From an uncultured Anaerolineales bacterium (GTDB taxonomy: Bacteria > Chloroflexota > Anaerolineae > Anaerolineales > UBA11858): DNA of 64,000 nucleotides. The stretch spans positions 9,435 through 73,434 of the forward strand of contig CAZTWV010000001.1 of the NCBI GenBank assembly GCA_964618295.1. Reading direction: 5' to 3'. The position numbers were made by a program, and so were the translations under genes. How positions within the stretch are numbered: the first letter of the stretch is position 1; each line of letters opens with the position of its first letter. Below the pieces are notes generated by a model, which searched no databases, had not been told where the DNA came from, and was given only the letters and a program-made list of their open reading frames with translations. Below, piece by piece: positions 60,570 to 64,000 of the stretch.

Positions 60570-61319
60570 TCAGGTTCTTGATGGAAGTAGATTCTTGAAA
60601 TCAGCCTGTCCGAGCAGGATGTACTGCAGGATAGTGGTCAGGTTGGTGGCCACAAAATATAATGCAAGACCTGAGGCAAAGGTCAAGGCTAAGTAGCCCA
60701 TAAAGAATGGCATGTAAAGGGTCATAGCCTGGGTCATCTGGGCACCCTGTCCGCCTGTGTCCCCGGGAGATGCGGCGGGAGTGACCATCTTGGATTGAAT
60801 GTATGAGCTGATTACAACCAGGATCGCCAGAACCGGTATCCCAACTCCGAACATCTGAAGCCGCTCCGGTTCGCTTAATTCCATCCATAAGAACTGGCTG
60901 TTAAGCGGAATTAAATTTGCTCCATCAGTGATGTGCTTGGAAAAGTTCAGCAGCTGGAGTGGGGTAACCGCCAGAGCCCGGATGATCGCCTGGTACAGAC
61001 CAATGATAACTGGAAATTGGATCAGGAGAGGTAAACAGGAGCCAAAAGGACTGATACCCATTTCTTGATAAATTTCCATTTGCTTCTGGGCCAGAGTTTC
61101 TCGATCATCTTTATATTTTTTTTGAATATCCTGCCATTTCTTAGATTGCTGAAGCTCCTGCATGGCTTTGCTGCTCTTTACCTGACGAGCGGTCAGCGGG
61201 TAAGTTGCAACCCGGACCAGGACAGTGAAAATGATGATCGCCCAACCGAAATTTTGACCGATCAGGTCATAAATAAAGAGCAGGATGCTGATCATCAAGG
61301 TAATAAAGGAATCCCACAT
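60570..61319 (-). CDS. yidC: Membrane protein insertase YidC (short, monoderm/Oxa1-like form)
   Basis: GWAIIIFTVLVRVATYPL...Q...MQELQ...SPFGSCLPLLIQFPVIIGLY is the conserved YidC/Oxa1 core. At 249 aa there is no large periplasmic P1 domain. Confidence 0.9.
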   Translation of the reverse strand: MWDSFITLMISILLFIYDLIGQNFGWAIIIFTVLVRVATYPLTARQVKSSKAMQELQQSKKWQDIQKKYKDDRETLAQKQMEIYQEMGISPFGSCLPLLIQFPVIIGLYQAIIRALAVTPLQLLNFSKHITDGANLIPLNSQFLWMELSEPERLQMFGVGIPVLAILVVISSYIQSKMVTPAASPGDTGGQGAQMTQAMTLYMPFFMGYLALTFASGLALYFVATNLTTILQYILLGQADFKNLLPSRT

Positions 61320-61355
61320 AGTATTTTGTCCGTTTTCTAATAAGTTGGTTTCTGG

Positions 61356-62423
61356 TTAATCCGCGACGGGATAGCCCCAGACTTTGGTTCCGTTTAGATT
61401 ATAGGCTGAGATAATTTGGTCTGCTTCCGAGGTGGCAACCATCATGTATTCACCATTGGTAACCGGACTGGCGTAAATTTTTCCTTCCAGTTCTTGGTTT
61501 TTCTGAATGGTACCTTCCCGGCTGACAGTTACGAGGGCGCCCTGGTCTGTTCCGAAATAAATCATATCATCTACCAGCAGCGGAGGGGAAACAACAGCTC
61601 CACCGGGTTGGATTTGCCACAACAGTTCACCGGTGGTGAGATCCAGGGCAAAAAACAGTCCGGAAATATCGCTGGCATAGACCTGTTCTCCGTCCACCAG
61701 GGGGCTGGCCCAGGCCCAATCCTGAGTGCTGTAGCGCCATTCTACACTCCGCGTTTCTTCAGACACGGCGATGATTTCATTCCCAAATGTACTGAGCAGG
61801 ATCAGCCCTTGATCTGAAATTGCAGGTTGGCTGACAACCGGACCACCAAGGTCCTCTGATTTCCAGAGCAGCTGACCGTTGTCTGGGTCGACCGCGTACA
61901 AAATGTGATCCATACCGGCCAGGTAGAGGCAATCACAGCTCTCAGAGTAGATTGGTGCTGCCCAGATGGGTTCGCCTGTTTCGACCGGTTCCCAGAGAGG
62001 ATTGCCTTCAAAATCCAGCCCGTAGAGATAATGGTCCGCAGAGGTGGCGAATATGCCGTCGTCTGTAACGAGCGGGGGAGAGATAAATCGATCCCCGGCT
62101 TCAGTAAACGTCCAGCGCTGGGAACCGGTTTCTGGATTCAGGCTGTACAGGACGCTGTCGTAGCCTCCTGCAATTAACTGGTTATCTTCGGTCAGGACTG
62201 GTGCCGCATAGAATTCAACATCCCGTTCGGGTTCCGGGGGATATTCCCATTTCAACAACCCGGATTTTGCATCCAGGGCGGAGATACTGGGGCCGGTGGC
62301 AAGGAAGACAATCTCATCAGTTGCCGCAAGCCCGCTCCATCCTGTGGCAACTACCCGCTGACCACATCCAGCAGCTGTTAATACCACCAGAAACAGGATG
62401 AGAATTAGATATTTCTTTTTCAT
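61356..62423 (-). CDS. PQQ-like (BamB/YfgL-type) beta-propeller lipoprotein
   Basis: Signal peptide with LTAAGC. Repeated blades with LLWxxx..G...SxP spacing: LLKWEYPPE, QRWTFTEAGDRFISPPL, PLWEPVETGEPIWAAPI, LLWKSEDLGGPVVSQPA, VEWRYSTQDWAWASPL, LLWQIQPGGAVVSPPL. Confidence 0.75.
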   Translation of the reverse strand: MKKKYLILILFLVVLTAAGCGQRVVATGWSGLAATDEIVFLATGPSISALDAKSGLLKWEYPPEPERDVEFYAAPVLTEDNQLIAGGYDSVLYSLNPETGSQRWTFTEAGDRFISPPLVTDDGIFATSADHYLYGLDFEGNPLWEPVETGEPIWAAPIYSESCDCLYLAGMDHILYAVDPDNGQLLWKSEDLGGPVVSQPAISDQGLILLSTFGNEIIAVSEETRSVEWRYSTQDWAWASPLVDGEQVYASDISGLFFALDLTTGELLWQIQPGGAVVSPPLLVDDMIYFGTDQGALVTVSREGTIQKNQELEGKIYASPVTNGEYMMVATSEADQIISAYNLNGTKVWGYPVAD

Positions 62424-62452
62424 ATGTTTATTGTCTCTTGTTGTCTAAAAAC

Positions 62453-62755
62453 TCAAGGAACTGGATCAAATCCGCCTCGAGAGAATGGATTGCAGCGCAA
62501 GACCCGCCAGACTGCCATAACCCCACCCCGGATGATCCCATATTTATAAATTGCCTGATAGGCATAATGGGAACAGCTTGGATAGAAACGGCAAGTATTT
62601 TCCGGGAGGGCTTTTGAGATCGTGTTCTGGTAGCCCAGAATTAAGACCAGAAAGGGAATTCTCGGAAGATTCCAAAGAGTTAACTTTAGATCTTTTAGCT
62701 TTGGGTCTGGATGATGATGCCCCTCAGGGCGATCAAGGTAATAATCAGTTTTCAT
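62453..62755 (-). CDS. yidD: Membrane protein insertion efficiency factor YidD
   Basis: [19 protein letters not shown]...RCNPF is the YidD signature. The track start overlaps rnpA by 11 nt, and the true start may lie further downstream. Confidence 0.85.
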   Translation of the reverse strand: MKTDYYLDRPEGHHHPDPKLKDLKLTLWNLPRIPFLVLILGYQNTISKALPENTCRFYPSCSHYAYQAIYKYGIIRGGVMAVWRVLRCNPFSRGGFDPVP

Positions 62756-63098
62756 CTGTTTCTACGTTGACAAGTCCGGCTTTTGTCAGCAAATCTCTTA
62801 ATGCTAGATTGGCTGCCGAACAATTCTGACTAACGAGCGGTTTTCGCGCCAAAACCAGACAATCCCATCCTGGTTGGATTTTTTTCAGCAGGGGATGGAG
62901 TGCTGCCCGGAGCAAGCGTTTGGCTCTGTTTCTTTCAACAGCATTTCCAACCGATTTTCCAGCCGAGACGGCAAACCGGGTCTGTTCGCTGTGGTTCTGG
63001 TTGTAAATCAAAACTAGAAGCGGGTGGGCATGGGATTCACCTGAGCGCCGCACCCGCTTGATATCAGAGTCTCTTGTTAAACGAAATCTACGCTCCAC
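62745..63098 (-). CDS. rnpA: Ribonuclease P protein component
   Basis: [23 protein letters not shown] is the RnpA RNR motif. GTG start 21 nt after the rpmH stop. Confidence 0.88.
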   Translation of the reverse strand: MERRFRLTRDSDIKRVRRSGESHAHPLLVLIYNQNHSEQTRFAVSAGKSVGNAVERNRAKRLLRAALHPLLKKIQPGWDCLVLARKPLVSQNCSAANLALRDLLTKAGLVNVETDEN

Positions 63099-63119
63099 TG
63101 AAAGTCAAATCAGTCCTGT

Positions 63120-63296
63120 TTAACTCTTCCAGTTTGTTTTCTTGACGTGATTGTTCGCGGTATGGGCAAGTTTAAAACGACCTTTTTGCCGTCTGCGTTT
63201 CAGAACTTTCTGTCCGCCTTTGGTTTTCATTCGAGCCCGAAATCCGTGGGTGCGGGCGCGTCGTCTTTTCTTGGGTTGATATGTACGTTTCGGCAT
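63120..63296 (-). CDS. rpmH: 50S ribosomal protein L34 (58 aa, with a ~14-aa C-terminal extension)
   Basis: Own translation; the ORF is below the track length cutoff: [58 protein letters not shown]. The first ~44 aa are canonical L34. Confidence 0.9.
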   Translation of the reverse strand: MPKRTYQPKKRRRARTHGFRARMKTKGGQKVLKRRRQKGRFKLAHTANNHVKKTNWKS

Positions 63297-63339
63297 TCCT
63301 ATAAAACTCCTTCACTTTCGGCAAAACTAACAGCTACAC

Positions 63340-63368
63340 ATTATACCGTGCTGGTCAGGTTTGGTCAA
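63340..63368 (-). promoter_or_regulatory. Near-consensus sigma70 promoter for rpmH-rnpA-yidD...
   Basis: Minus strand: TTGACC (63363-63368), a 17-nt spacer, then TATAAT (63340-63345), about 44 nt upstream of the rpmH ATG. Confidence 0.65.
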
Positions 63369-63506
63369 ATTTACAGCAGGCTTTCAGGAGGGACTTTCAG
63401 ACATGAAAACCCGGATTCTCTTGTTTTACCAGAGAAATCCGTCTCGTAGATCTGTAAGGTATTATAATCCTCAATGATCTAAACCTAATTATTAAGGAAT
63501 TGCTGT

Positions 63507-64000
63507 ATGAAGAGTATTTATACCACGATCTTGGAATCCCTTATAGACCATAAAATCTCCAATATCCAAATTGGACTGCACTGGACCGCGGTGGTAGCTG
63601 AAAAAAACGGCGTCTACCAGTGTGGATTATCGTCGACCCTTTCAGGGAGCCATGATCACAGCGGAGAACCAGATATCCCTGATCCGGGAAATCTTGAGCA
63701 GCTGTCAGGATTGGAATTGGCGGGTTGGATTCAGTCGGAAATCCCCCTCCGGAGAAGTTTGGGCTGCGCCGCAATAAACGCTTTACTTCCGCGGGATTCT
63801 TCCACCTGGGTGAATCAGAACGCTGAAGAAGAGATTTTACGCCAGGGGAAGGAAAAAAAAGTGGTTTTGATTGGCCACTTTCCTTTTGCCGATCGTTTAC
63901 GAGATGAATTGAATGAGTTTGAGGTGCTTGAACTACGTCCCAGCGGTGAAGATCTACCGGCTTCCCAGGCACCTTCCCAATTAGCAAATGCAGATGTAAT
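63507..64000 (+). CDS. DUF4213/DUF364 (putative heavy-metal chelation, Rossmann-like) domain protein, N-terminal 164 aa (runs off the window end)
   Basis: Own translation; the ORF is open at the window edge: MKSIYTTILESLIDHKISNIQIGLHWTAVVAEKNGVYQCGLSSTL...LGCAAINALLP...KKVVLIGHFPFADRLRDELNEFEVLELRP. This pattern is typical of DUF4213 followed by DUF364. AAGGA lies 8 nt upstream. Confidence 0.65.
   Translation, partial: MKSIYTTILESLIDHKISNIQIGLHWTAVVAEKNGVYQCGLSSTLSGSHDHSGEPDIPDPGNLEQLSGLELAGWIQSEIPLRRSLGCAAINALLPRDSSTWVNQNAEEEILRQGKEKKVVLIGHFPFADRLRDELNEFEVLELRPSGEDLPASQAPSQLANADV

Noticed and set aside
63297-63506. Possible oriC. Genes to the left (rpmH ... parAB) are all on the minus strand and the gene to the right is on the plus strand, the classical origin-proximal arrangement.
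   Set aside because: No dnaA gene is present and I see no TTATCCACA-type DnaA boxes. There is no AT-rich unwinding element beyond normal promoter DNA, and the intergenic region is only 210 bp and filled by the rpmH promoter. Cumulative GC-skew analysis of the whole genome would be needed.
63541-63987. A 148-aa minus-strand ORF.
   Set aside because: It lies antisense to the plus-strand DUF4213/DUF364 gene, which has an SD, a sensible start and family-typical motifs. It is a shadow ORF.
1-64000. CRISPR arrays, transposases, integrases, prophage genes, toxin-antitoxin pairs and known defence systems.
   Set aside because: I saw no regularly spaced direct repeats and no ORF with recombinase, transposase, Cas or phage structural motifs. 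Neither tRNA is flanked by an integrase or by direct repeats of its 3' end. The window reads as core genome.
1-64000. Selenoprotein genes, meaning an in-frame TGA joining two same-frame ORFs with a downstream SECIS hairpin, prompted by the presence of selB.
   Set aside because: I found no pair of adjacent same-strand, same-frame ORFs separated by a single TGA. All gene models are explained without recoding.

Overview
The window is a densely coding stretch of bacterial chromosome, roughly 48-50% GC by eye. I call about 65 protein genes and 2 tRNAs, almost all housekeeping.

Main gene groups:
- Origin-proximal style cluster on the minus strand: rpmH-rnpA-yidD-(PQQ propeller)-yidC-jag, then pfkB-parA-parB.
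- Ribosomal genes rplU-rpmA-rpmE.
- Nucleotide and RNA functions: tdk-hpt-cca, scpB-rluB, rsmD, rsmA, plsX, rny, recX, folK, selB.
- Central carbon metabolism: ppdK, a 4-subunit 2-oxoacid:ferredoxin oxidoreductase, class II aldolase, GH13.
- A heterodimeric ABC exporter pair.
- tRNA-Leu(GAG) and tRNA-Ser(GGA).

The gene repertoire suggests an anaerobic Chloroflexota (Anaerolineae-like) organism. It includes a short monoderm-type YidC, a TIGR03663-like GT-C glycosyltransferase fused to an NHL propeller, DUF348/G5 wall proteins, PPDK with ferredoxin oxidoreductase, and selB. This is only a guess and cannot be verified here.

I see no transposase, integrase, phage genes, CRISPR array or recognisable defence genes. 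This looks like core genome, and I did not find a convincing novel multi-gene system.

The observations most worth a second look are:
1. Ribosomal protein L31 fused to an RNA polymerase alpha-CTD-like domain.
2. A consensus promoter plus a roughly 115-nt structured leader, a riboswitch candidate, in front of a DUF348-G5-3D cell-wall gene.
3. Three translationally coupled, highly diverged antiporter-like membrane proteins attached to folK, with no partner subunits.
4. A YdjI-type SPFH protein fused to an excisionase-type HTH, with a small helical partner.
5. A 0.57-kb AT-rich coding desert full of inverted repeats upstream of recX.

Several track ORFs have artefactual N-terminal extensions. I trimmed them using Shine-Dalgarno sequences and neighbouring genes. 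One of these extensions reads through the tRNA-Ser gene.
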